A stretch of 64,000 nt of DNA from IMG/VR virus record IMGVR_UViG_3300038465_000055, positions 1-64,000 of that record, one strand, 5' to 3'. Made by a program: the position numbers and the translations under genes. A model generated the notes under the pieces. It made no database searches and was not told where the DNA came from. It saw only the letters and a list, made by a program, of their open reading frames with translations. Each line of letters opens with the position of its first letter. Position 1 is the stretch's first letter. Positions 46,152 through 53,917 of the stretch are shown here, one piece after another. Source of the DNA: a virus.

Positions 46152-46592
46152 TCAGCCGCCGATCAGCGGTATGTACTGCGAATTTTCTGCATCCGAAAAA
46201 TCAAGGTCAGGATCTTCTTCGCCTCGTATCCGCAGGTAAACGATTTCCACGAAGATACGGCCCTGCGCCGTCGTCGCATTGTTCATCAGAGCATACACTG
46301 ATCCGATTGCTCCGACCGACAACCAGACGGAAACAAACGGATTATTTATTGCCTTGTTACCTATCACCAAACCTTCATCCGGAGGTTCGATCTGATCCCA
46401 CGTCGAAGTCACGATCGTGTCGCCCGCCGCCGCCGGTGGCACAGCAAGCCGTATCGAATAATCGATACCGAAGTCGAGTTTTTCGATCGAATTCTTTGCT
46501 GGCCATTCAAGCAGTTGGCGCCCGCGACCGGGGGTAACGATTCGCGAAAATCCTGCCGGCAGAATAACCCGCTGTGAATTAACGCCGACCAT
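46152..46592 (-). CDS. Phage fibre-adaptor-like protein ending LDFSDAENSQYIPLIGG
   Basis: WPAK..EKLDFGIDYS..GDTIVTSTW..VSVWLSVG..TTAQGR. Confidence 0.7.
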   Translation of the reverse strand: MVGVNSQRVILPAGFSRIVTPGRGRQLLEWPAKNSIEKLDFGIDYSIRLAVPPAAAGDTIVTSTWDQIEPPDEGLVIGNKAINNPFVSVWLSVGAIGSVYALMNNATTAQGRIFVEIVYLRIRGEEDPDLDFSDAENSQYIPLIGG

Positions 46593-46605
46593 GACCGTTC
46601 ACGCC

Positions 46606-46920
46606 CTATTTATAATATGACACGTTGAGGACAGCGGTTGCCGACTGCTGGATGAATTGCAGCGCGGCCAGATTGGCGAGGGGAATCGGCGCAGCTCCAG
46701 CCGTGATCTGCATCCCGATCGTCGCAGTTGGCGCTGTCCCGTCATCGCGATAATTCACATTTGCGCCCGTGCACATCACCAAGGCATAGGTCGCGCCCGC
46801 CGGCACTGTAAACGCCGCCGCCACTGTCAATGCCGTGATCTGCTGGAATCCCAACGGCTTGCCTGACGGGATGATCGTGACCGGCGTCGACGCACCAGCC
46901 TGCACAAGTTGGTTTGCCAT
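46606..46920 (-). CDS. Small beta-sandwich virion protein
   Basis: PLGFQQI..VPAGATYAL..VNYRDDGTAPTATIGM..LNVSYY. Confidence 0.75.
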   Translation of the reverse strand: MANQLVQAGASTPVTIIPSGKPLGFQQITALTVAAAFTVPAGATYALVMCTGANVNYRDDGTAPTATIGMQITAGAAPIPLANLAALQFIQQSATAVLNVSYYK

Positions 46921-46933
46921 TATCTATTTTCCC

Positions 46934-47452
46934 TCATGTGATCCCGAACAGAGTCGGTCCCCACTTCTGTGCGATCGACAGATAGCGTCGGCCCCATGGC
47001 GTCTTCATGTTTTGCAGATCCGACAGCGAGAGCTGCGCGAGCGAATCAGGAACGACCATCGACTCGCTTGTTCCCTCATCGCTCGCGGACGATATCACGC
47101 CTGAGACGAAACCGTTGACGTTGAATTTTCTTCGCAGATACGCAAAGACAGGCAGCCTGTCCTTACCGATGGTCCCATAAAACGGCGGCGGATTGCCGAA
47201 CGCATCACCGATGTCAGGCGCATAATTGATCAGGATATCCGCTGCCAGATTGTAGACCGCCTGATGATAAAGGAACGGCACAGCACACCTGATGAAGCCG
47301 TTCACCGTTTCCCGCGCCGAGTGAAAAGCAAAGAACACCACCGGCGAGGTTGGTGGCAACTGTGCCGGAGTGATCTGCATAAAACCGTAGACGAATTGAA
47401 GGAATCCATCGACGGTCGGCGGGGGAACGATGAACGGCGGATCATTATCCAT
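46934..47452 (-). CDS. Head-tail adaptor (DUF4054-like)
   Basis: AVYNLAADILI..GVISSASDEGTS..KTPWGRRYLSIAQ. Confidence 0.8.
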   Translation of the reverse strand: MDNDPPFIVPPPTVDGFLQFVYGFMQITPAQLPPTSPVVFFAFHSARETVNGFIRCAVPFLYHQAVYNLAADILINYAPDIGDAFGNPPPFYGTIGKDRLPVFAYLRRKFNVNGFVSGVISSASDEGTSESMVVPDSLAQLSLSDLQNMKTPWGRRYLSIAQKWGPTLFGIT

Positions 47453-47706
47453 CAGCGCGGTCCCTCGAACGACTCGAGAAACAGGCCCTCTCGATAGGCG
47501 CCATTGTGCAGGACATAATGCCGCGCGCCCCACTTGATGACGTCTGGAGGCCCGCCGGGCGGCAGCCTGATCGTTGTGACGCGCTCCCCTGACTTGGTGA
47601 ACAACTGCACGTCGCCTCTATTTTCAGGACGCTTCATTTCCTGCTGTGGCATGTCAAATCCCGTGATGTTCCAAACCTCGCCTTTTTCATCTGCCCACTG
47701 GCCCAC
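47452..47706 (-). CDS. Hypothetical protein
   Basis: 84 aa; TGATG-coupled. Confidence 0.55.
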   Translation of the reverse strand: MGQWADEKGEVWNITGFDMPQQEMKRPENRGDVQLFTKSGERVTTIRLPPGGPPDVIKWGARHYVLHNGAYREGLFLESFEGPR

Positions 47707-47712
47707 GGCGCG

Positions 47713-48210
47713 CTACCCCTTTCGCCGCTTCGACGGCCGAGCCGTCCCGGTGTCGATCTCGGTGCGATAGCCATCTGCCCATGCGCCATCTTCATCCTGC
47801 ACCGAAAACTCCGTCTTTCGAATGTTGGGAAGATCGTACTTCTGATTATCGCGCACCATCCGGTTGGTCTCGACGATCGCCGCCACCTTGCGCATTTCCT
47901 GCCCGCGCAGCACAAGCACGTTCTGGTTGGCGTGAAAAAGCTTTTCGATTTTCGACGAGCTGATTTCCTTGCCGACCTGATAGCAAAGCCCGCGGAACAT
48001 CGTGCTCCCTTGGTCGATCGTGTCTACCGACGTCAGGCCGTACTTTTCGCCCTGATGAACGATCGCCGCGACCTCATCCGGTGTAAGATCGCCGCTGATT
48101 TTGATCTGCTCGCCCATGGGAATGATTTCGTGCAGGGCACTCTTTTTCTCCGGAAGCCGGTAATAGAAATCCCAATGCTGTCCCGTAGCGTTTCCAAGAT
48201 ATAGATCCAT
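47713..48210 (-). CDS. Conserved head-module protein
   Basis: MDLYLGNATGQHWDFYYRLPE; AGGAG RBS. Confidence 0.7.
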   Translation of the reverse strand: MDLYLGNATGQHWDFYYRLPEKKSALHEIIPMGEQIKISGDLTPDEVAAIVHQGEKYGLTSVDTIDQGSTMFRGLCYQVGKEISSSKIEKLFHANQNVLVLRGQEMRKVAAIVETNRMVRDNQKYDLPNIRKTEFSVQDEDGAWADGYRTEIDTGTARPSKRRKG

Positions 48211-48284
48211 CGTGCCTTCTCCTGTTGATGGTGGTGCCCGGCATTCCACCGGGCGGCGTCCTTAGCGTCCGCTGCATCATTCCT

Positions 48285-48320
48285 TTATAAACGAAACGCG
48301 GCAGCCGTGAAGCTACCGCG
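48285..48320 (-). terminator. Terminator downstream of capsid/coiled-coil genes
   Basis: Minus strand CGCGGTAGC-TTCACG-GCTGCCGCG-TTTCGTTT. Confidence 0.7.
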
Positions 48321-48348
48321 CTGCGTTCCTCCGCCGATATTCAAAAAC

Positions 48349-48510
48349 TCAAAACTTGATGTTGAAGCCGGGACCGCCGCCGCCCTGAAGATGCTGCTCG
48401 ATATGCTCCAAGCGCGCTTTAAGCTGCTCGATCTCCCCCAGCGCTGTTTCCAGCGCCGTCTGTAGCTCTTGCACGACGGCCGGTAGATTTGAATTTAATG
48501 GTGTCGCCAT
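48349..48510 (-). CDS. 53-aa coiled-coil protein (moron-like)
   Basis: AAGGA RBS; LQTALETALGEIEQLKARLEHIEQHL. Confidence 0.6.
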   Translation of the reverse strand: MATPLNSNLPAVVQELQTALETALGEIEQLKARLEHIEQHLQGGGGPGFNIKF

Positions 48511-48603
48511 GTTGTTTTCCTTTTCGTCGCGACTCTCGCGCAAGCCACACATCAAGATCAAGGTTGCTCTGGGCTTTCGTTATAGCAGCAAGTAGCTGAA
48601 ACG

Positions 48604-49626
48604 TCAGCTATATTGCATCGATATCACTTGGACTGCCTCACCACGGAGTCCCCATCCACTCGTAATCCTCATCTCGGACACGACGTCGACGGCGCCACCG
48701 GGCAGAGGCGCGGTCAGTTCGCGCGGCGCGACCATGTCGCAGAGCTGCAAGACGCAAGCGTCTAGCCCCGGAGCGATGTTAGCGAATTCGTTGGTGTTCC
48801 AGTTCGTTGTCGGCTGCGGATTCTCGACTTCCGGCATGACGAGCAAGACCGCATCAAGGCCACCGGCGCCCTTGCCGATCAGCGTGTCGTCATAGGCCCA
48901 GATGATCTCGTCACCGTTCAAGCCACCGACGCCCTCGACCACGCCAGCGGTTGACTGCGAACCGGCGCCTGCGCGCTGATACTGCGTGAGCTGGACGACG
49001 TTGTACTCGAACTGGCCGAGCGTGCGCTGCGATCCGAGGATCGTGAATTTGCGGCCGATGCCGAGCTGGTTGGTGCGAGTCTTCATCGCGAGCAACTGGC
49101 TGATGACGAAGAACGCCATCTCGCCGTTGTCATAGGTGATGACGGTATCGTTGCCGTAACTGTCCGGCGGTAGGTTGATCGCGACGGCGCCTGCCGTATT
49201 CAGCAGGCCCTCGCCGTTGGCCGGGTTCATGCCGTAGAGCAGCGCGGATCGAGTGAGCTGGAAATGCCCCTGACGCATACCTAGGCGATAGGCTTGTTCG
49301 ATCGCCATGCCGCGACGCGCCATCGCCGCTGAATCGTGATGATCCCATTCGGCACGAACCCGCAGCAGGTAGGTCGCCGTCTGGATGTATGAAAGGAAAA
49401 TGCCGATCGACGGGAGCTGGTTATAGGCGCTCTGTCCCGCCGCCATCTTGGTGCGAACATCGGCGCGATTGATGTAGCAGGCCAGATCGCCTTCACCTAG
49501 CCTCACCATCAGGTCGCCGCTTGGAAGTGTCTTGAAGGCGCCCGAAGCTTGGCTATAGGGCAGCAACACTTCCGGAAGCGTGAGCGACGGATTGAGCGTG
49601 ATAAAGGCCGGTGCAATTACGGGCAT
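48604..49626 (-). CDS. Major capsid protein
   Basis: 340 aa after protease and decoration genes; PEVLLPYSQASGAF, EMRITSGWGLR. Confidence 0.8.
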   Translation of the reverse strand: MPVIAPAFITLNPSLTLPEVLLPYSQASGAFKTLPSGDLMVRLGEGDLACYINRADVRTKMAAGQSAYNQLPSIGIFLSYIQTATYLLRVRAEWDHHDSAAMARRGMAIEQAYRLGMRQGHFQLTRSALLYGMNPANGEGLLNTAGAVAINLPPDSYGNDTVITYDNGEMAFFVISQLLAMKTRTNQLGIGRKFTILGSQRTLGQFEYNVVQLTQYQRAGAGSQSTAGVVEGVGGLNGDEIIWAYDDTLIGKGAGGLDAVLLVMPEVENPQPTTNWNTNEFANIAPGLDACVLQLCDMVAPRELTAPLPGGAVDVVSEMRITSGWGLRGEAVQVISMQYS

Positions 49627-49708
49627 TTGTTCGTCTCCGGTATGGGCTCAATCGTCTGATGATGAGCGGGTGATGGCGTCTGTCGGTTTGAGGTTGCGGG
49701 AAACGCGA

Positions 49709-50593
49709 TCAGATCTTGATGAGCGCGCAGGCACCATTGCGGTTGAAAATGTAAGCGCCGGCCGAATTGAGCTGGACCGTCATGCAGTTCGTCGCCTTCA
49801 CGTCGAGCACTTGGACCGGAAGGATGCCGCCGCCAGCGACGAGCGTGCCGAACACTGTGCCGGCGCCGGGCGTCGACGCGAGCGGATTGGCTGTGACAAT
49901 GGTCGAGCCCGTGGTGCCGGCGAGCGTGAGGAAGGTGCCGTTGTAGGCGGCCGGGGTGATACCCGAGAAGGTGACGTATTCTCCGACGCCGATGCCATGC
50001 GCTGACGTCGTGGTGTAGGTCGACTGGCCACCGGCGGTCGCAGCCCACGTCGCCGCTGTGATGACGTTCGCGTTATATATCGCCTGACCTGCGATAAGCT
50101 TCTGGCCGCCAAAATCCCAGCTCACTTGCGAAGTGATGATATTGCCCTGCAAGTCGATCAGGGCCGGGTCCATCGCAACCGCGATGCGAGCCCCACATCC
50201 GAGTCGATAGCCGTGGACACTCATTCCCGAAAGCGCGACGGGCACTTCCTGCGTTGCCGACTGGATCATGGAGTGATCCTGATCGAATACGCTGAAACCA
50301 ACGAGGTTGAAATTTCCGGGAGTGCCTGTTCCGGGATAGAGCCCTGTTGCGCGGCCGAGGATATTGCCGAGCACCGAACCGGGACCGTTCGCCAGCCCGC
50401 CGATCTGCTCATAGATGCCGACACCACCGTACATCGGGAGCGTTTCGGTTACGGCCAGCACGCCGCCGAACAGTTCGTGGCGAATGGCGGGATCGTCCAT
50501 CGCCTGACCTTGGATGTAGCCGGTGCTCTCGACATTGAACGAGCCACTGGCATTCGTCGTGACGATCGGGTTGTAGCTGAGAGAACCTACCAT
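49709..50593 (-). CDS. Capsid decoration/cement protein with FCCH-like insert
   Basis: GYIQGQAMDDPA..ETLPMYGGVGI..YRLGCGARIAV..VSWDF. Confidence 0.75.
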   Translation of the reverse strand: MVGSLSYNPIVTTNASGSFNVESTGYIQGQAMDDPAIRHELFGGVLAVTETLPMYGGVGIYEQIGGLANGPGSVLGNILGRATGLYPGTGTPGNFNLVGFSVFDQDHSMIQSATQEVPVALSGMSVHGYRLGCGARIAVAMDPALIDLQGNIITSQVSWDFGGQKLIAGQAIYNANVITAATWAATAGGQSTYTTTSAHGIGVGEYVTFSGITPAAYNGTFLTLAGTTGSTIVTANPLASTPGAGTVFGTLVAGGGILPVQVLDVKATNCMTVQLNSAGAYIFNRNGACALIKI

Positions 50594-50675
50594 GGCCCAG
50601 AGTTCCTTGCGTGAGTGCGACGATCGTCGCGATTATGCCAGATCCTAAAAAAGAAAAGACGCCCGCGCGCCGCCC

Positions 50676-52679
50676 TTAGTGTTGGGTCGGCATGCGGGTA
50701 CCGATGAAGTTGACGTTGCGGTGTGGGCGCGACATCTGCGCGAAGATCGTGCCCTTGCCGACGAACCGTGTGATCTTGTGGCCGCCCGGTGCGGTTTCCT
50801 TGATCTCGCGATGCTGGAATGGCTGCGCATCTGTCGGGTCCATCGCCGCCTTGAAGGCGTCTGCCCGAATGCCGTCGAGCGCGATCGTGAAGCCCTTGGC
50901 ATCGGCAGCGATCACCGCCAGATCGACATCCTTCCACGTTTTTGAGTGGGGCTGAAGCTTGCGGGCAAGCCGAATGTTGTAGGCGACAATATCCTCGCCG
51001 GACATCGGCGGATCTGCGCTGTCATTCATGGCGCGCAGCACGACGTCGGCTTTCGCCTGTGCATCTGCGAAGGCATCGCGATCGGCCTGCGTCATCTTGC
51101 GCGGCTGCATCGAGGTGACCATCGCCTGAAGCTTTTCGAATTCAGAGCGAGGAACGCTGTCAGCCTTGGCTGCATCAGCCTTCTCTTTCTCTTTTTCCTT
51201 GTCCTCGGCATCCTTCTTGGCAGCATCAGCCTTTTCTTTTTCCTTCTCTTTTTCCTCAGCGTCCTTGCGCTTCTTGTCGGCTGCCGTCTCCTCGGCTCCC
51301 TCGCCGTCTTTCTTGGCGCCGTCCTTCTTGGCCGCGTCTTTCTTCTTCTCCTCCTCCTCCTTTTCGGAATCGGACTTGGCGGCGTCCTTTTTCTTTTCTT
51401 CTTCCTTCTCTGCGTCGCGCTTCGCCGAGTCGGACTTCACCGCGTCCATCACAGCATCGTACTTCGAATCCATTTTCTGACAGTGCGAGGCCATGTCCTG
51501 ACGGAGACCATCCGCCATCTTCTTGAACGAATCCATGATGGCGTCCATCACACCATTTGCGTGCGAACCAACACCGGCCTCATCAGCAGCCTTCTTATCG
51601 GCATCCGCCTTCTTCTCTGCTTCGGTTTTTTCGGCCACGCTGGAATCTCCTCTGATGATGTGATCGCTGCTAATTCCGGCGGGCTCCCCGCCTTTGTCCC
51701 AAACACCCTGCTGGCAGATCGCGACATGATCTAGCAAACCGGGGTCGCCTTCAATGAGTAACAAGCTCTTGTCGGGAAGTGCTACGGACTGATTTACACT
51801 GAGTTTCGTGAAAACAACAGTGGGACTTGTGGACAGCACGCCTTTTTCCATCTCGGCGTTGGCCTCGTCGTCATAGATCTTGGCCACCGCCCAGACTTCA
51901 TCTTCGTCGATGTAGGGCACAAAAACGGTGCCGACGATCCGCTTGGCGAACTCTTTTGACGTCAGCTTCGCCTTAGCCGGGTGCAGCCAGATAACCGGCA
52001 GCCCGTTGCATCGATCGAGGAAATCCTGATTGAGATAGTGCTCTGGCGGCCGATAGACGTGCTCGTCATAGACGATCGTCTTGCCGTCGTCGTCCTTTCG
52101 CTTCTGCGCCTTGCGGAATGACCGGCCCGTACCCGTGATCCGCATCGTCCACATCGTCATGTTGATGTAGCGCTGCGGCGACATTAGCTCGCCCGCGGCC
52201 ATCGCGCGCGCGATCCCCAGCTCATTCATCGTCAGCTTGTCGAGCGCGATCTGACAGCCGGGATGCAGCGGTTGCGGCGCGTCGCCGATCGACGACCACA
52301 CGAAGCCGTCATGCTCCTCATTCAGCTTAGGTGTGAACTGGACCGGGACGCGGACAAGGAACGTCGTGAAATCAACCATAGGCGGAGGCGGCAGCTCGAC
52401 CACGTCAGGAACAAGCGACGCCGGCTTTTCAGCTACATCCTCCAACACCGGCTTGATGCGCCTTGCGTGCAGACGCAGCGCCGCTGGCTTTACCTTGTAT
52501 CCGGTCTCCTCCTCGACCTCGCGGATTGCCGCACCATCGGCGTCCTCGCCATCCTCGATTTTTCCACCGGGAAACGCCCAACGGCCGATCTGGTCGCCGT
52601 CAGCGCGGCGCAGGAATAAGGCTTTGCCCTCGGGATCGAGGAACAGGATGCCGGCGGCGCGAATCACATTATCGGTCAT
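50676..52679 (-). CDS. Nudix hydrolase - prohead protease (DUF2213-like) - scaffold fusion
   Basis: Nudix box GGKIEDGEDADGAAIREVEEETGY; RCNGLPVIWLHP, STSP, LDHVAIC..GVWDK; K/E/D/A-rich scaffold. Confidence 0.85.
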   Translation of the reverse strand: MTDNVIRAAGILFLDPEGKALFLRRADGDQIGRWAFPGGKIEDGEDADGAAIREVEEETGYKVKPAALRLHARRIKPVLEDVAEKPASLVPDVVELPPPPMVDFTTFLVRVPVQFTPKLNEEHDGFVWSSIGDAPQPLHPGCQIALDKLTMNELGIARAMAAGELMSPQRYINMTMWTMRITGTGRSFRKAQKRKDDDGKTIVYDEHVYRPPEHYLNQDFLDRCNGLPVIWLHPAKAKLTSKEFAKRIVGTVFVPYIDEDEVWAVAKIYDDEANAEMEKGVLSTSPTVVFTKLSVNQSVALPDKSLLLIEGDPGLLDHVAICQQGVWDKGGEPAGISSDHIIRGDSSVAEKTEAEKKADADKKAADEAGVGSHANGVMDAIMDSFKKMADGLRQDMASHCQKMDSKYDAVMDAVKSDSAKRDAEKEEEKKKDAAKSDSEKEEEEKKKDAAKKDGAKKDGEGAEETAADKKRKDAEEKEKEKEKADAAKKDAEDKEKEKEKADAAKADSVPRSEFEKLQAMVTSMQPRKMTQADRDAFADAQAKADVVLRAMNDSADPPMSGEDIVAYNIRLARKLQPHSKTWKDVDLAVIAADAKGFTIALDGIRADAFKAAMDPTDAQPFQHREIKETAPGGHKITRFVGKGTIFAQMSRPHRNVNFIGTRMPTQH

Positions 52680-52681
52680 CG

Positions 52682-53038
52682 TCAGTCGCTCGCGCTCACG
52701 TTGGCCGGGATAGGCGGCATCGCCACGATATCAGATCGCTTATGCCAACTGTCAGAGCAAAACTGGATTTGTCCATCGGTGATGATGTAGTGGCACGTGC
52801 CGTCTATCGGATGGCCGTCCTCGTCGCGATGCCATTCTCCGTTCCACTTGCCGTCGACCACAACCAAGCGTTTGCCGGAATGCTTGAAACTCGGCGTGAA
52901 CGTCGGCTTGTCGACGTCGCCGTTCCATTTCCAGCCGAAGCCATCGAACACCGGATGCAGCACCTCGCACGCTGGGCACCAATGAAACATCCGGTTGCCG
53001 TTGCGCTCTAGGATTGGGCTCAAACGCTCGACCGCCAT
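52682..53038 (-). CDS. DUF6527-like Zn-binding protein
   Basis: HWCPAC..H..WKWNGDVDKPTFTPS..CHYIITDGQIQFCSDSWH. Confidence 0.75.
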   Translation of the reverse strand: MAVERLSPILERNGNRMFHWCPACEVLHPVFDGFGWKWNGDVDKPTFTPSFKHSGKRLVVVDGKWNGEWHRDEDGHPIDGTCHYIITDGQIQFCSDSWHKRSDIVAMPPIPANVSASD

Positions 53039-53039
53039 T

Positions 53040-53390
53040 TTAAGTCATGCTCCCCGGCATAAAACATCGAACCTGCGGCCTACCGTCGATCCAGATGGGC
53101 CAGACGATTGTCCGTCCGTCGAGATTGGGAACGGTGATCAGGGCATCGTCAGGAACGTCAACCCACTCCCGCAGCATGAACACACGGTAATGGCCGCGCT
53201 TTACCTCCCAATCGGCATCCTTGACCACATCCCCGTCAGCGTCAGCGCAGCAGCGCCCTTTGCCCGATTGCAGGCCCTCAAACCACGCATGAAGCGGCGA
53301 TTGCGAATGGCCGTCGCCTTCCTTGGCAAACGAAGCTGCAACCCCCGAGAGGATGATCCAGCAAATTGAGATGGCTCTCGACGAGATCAT
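53040..53390 (-). CDS. Host-type small secreted protein (Bradyrhizobium-like)
   Basis: Signal peptide; WFEGLQSGKGRCCADADG..VDVPDDA..RCFMPGSMT. Confidence 0.75.
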   Translation of the reverse strand: MISSRAISICWIILSGVAASFAKEGDGHSQSPLHAWFEGLQSGKGRCCADADGDVVKDADWEVKRGHYRVFMLREWVDVPDDALITVPNLDGRTIVWPIWIDGRPQVRCFMPGSMT

Positions 53391-53396
53391 GAAAGG

Positions 53397-53561
53397 TCAT
53401 AGCCTTCCGAGCAGCAGCAGGACGAGCAAGATCACAACGATAAGGCCGAGGCCGCCGCCGCCATAATAACCGCTTCCGTAGAACGGTCCACCGCCGACGC
53501 CCGTGAATCCGCCGAGCAACGCGATAACAAGGATGATCAAGATAATTGTCCCGAGCGACAT
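53397..53561 (-). CDS. DUF3309-family small membrane protein (absent from ORF track, 54 aa)
   Basis: MSLGTIILIILVIALLGGFTGVGGGPFYGSGYYGGGGLGLIVVILLVLLLLGRL; AGGAG RBS. Confidence 0.85.
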   Translation of the reverse strand: MSLGTIILIILVIALLGGFTGVGGGPFYGSGYYGGGGLGLIVVILLVLLLLGRL

Positions 53562-53709
53562 GGTCTTTACTCCTTTGCGTCGCAGCCCTTGCAGATCGAT
53601 GGAGGGCCGGGCTCCATCGGAGGATCTGCCTCCGAGCAGTCGGTAACACCCCCGACATAGTAGCAGCCCTTGCGCGCGGGGACCATTTCAACAATGGGTG
53701 GCTTGCCCC

Positions 53710-53907
53710 CTAGTAAAAAGAATGGTGGCCCGCTCCTATGCCCTGCAAGGGAAAACCAAACTCGGCCAATCCCAGCAGCACGATCAAAATGAGGATAAGC
53801 GCATCGTTGGCCCAACCATATTGCCACGTCGGGCCTCGCCGATAGCCTATGACGCTAAGAATGACGATGACGATAAAAATGCCCCAGAAGATGTATCCAA
53901 GCGGCAT
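53710..53907 (-). CDS. Small two-TM membrane protein
   Basis: MPLGYIFW..LILILIVLLGLAEFGFPL; GAGGAG RBS. Confidence 0.7.
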   Translation of the reverse strand: MPLGYIFWGIFIVIVILSVIGYRRGPTWQYGWANDALILILIVLLGLAEFGFPLQGIGAGHHSFY

Positions 53908-53917
53908 GGCGCACTCC

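Noticed and set aside
44081-46537. 818-aa plus-strand ORF (and 518-aa alternative-frame ORF 44166-45722)
   Set aside because: Shadow frames of the GC-rich, Ala/Gly/Thr-rich fibre gene; Arg-rich, no motifs
48349-49626. Stop-codon readthrough fusing capsid to the in-frame coiled-coil ORF
   Set aside because: An in-frame TAA at 48580-48582 occurs seven codons after the capsid TGA
50645-50678. Terminator after the protease gene
   Set aside because: Long U-tract but only a weak G-U-rich stem; not supportable
51160-51430. Repeated DNA that might be a CRISPR or iteron array
   Set aside because: Degenerate codon-level repeats of the KEKEKADAAK scaffold; no constant repeat-spacer structure
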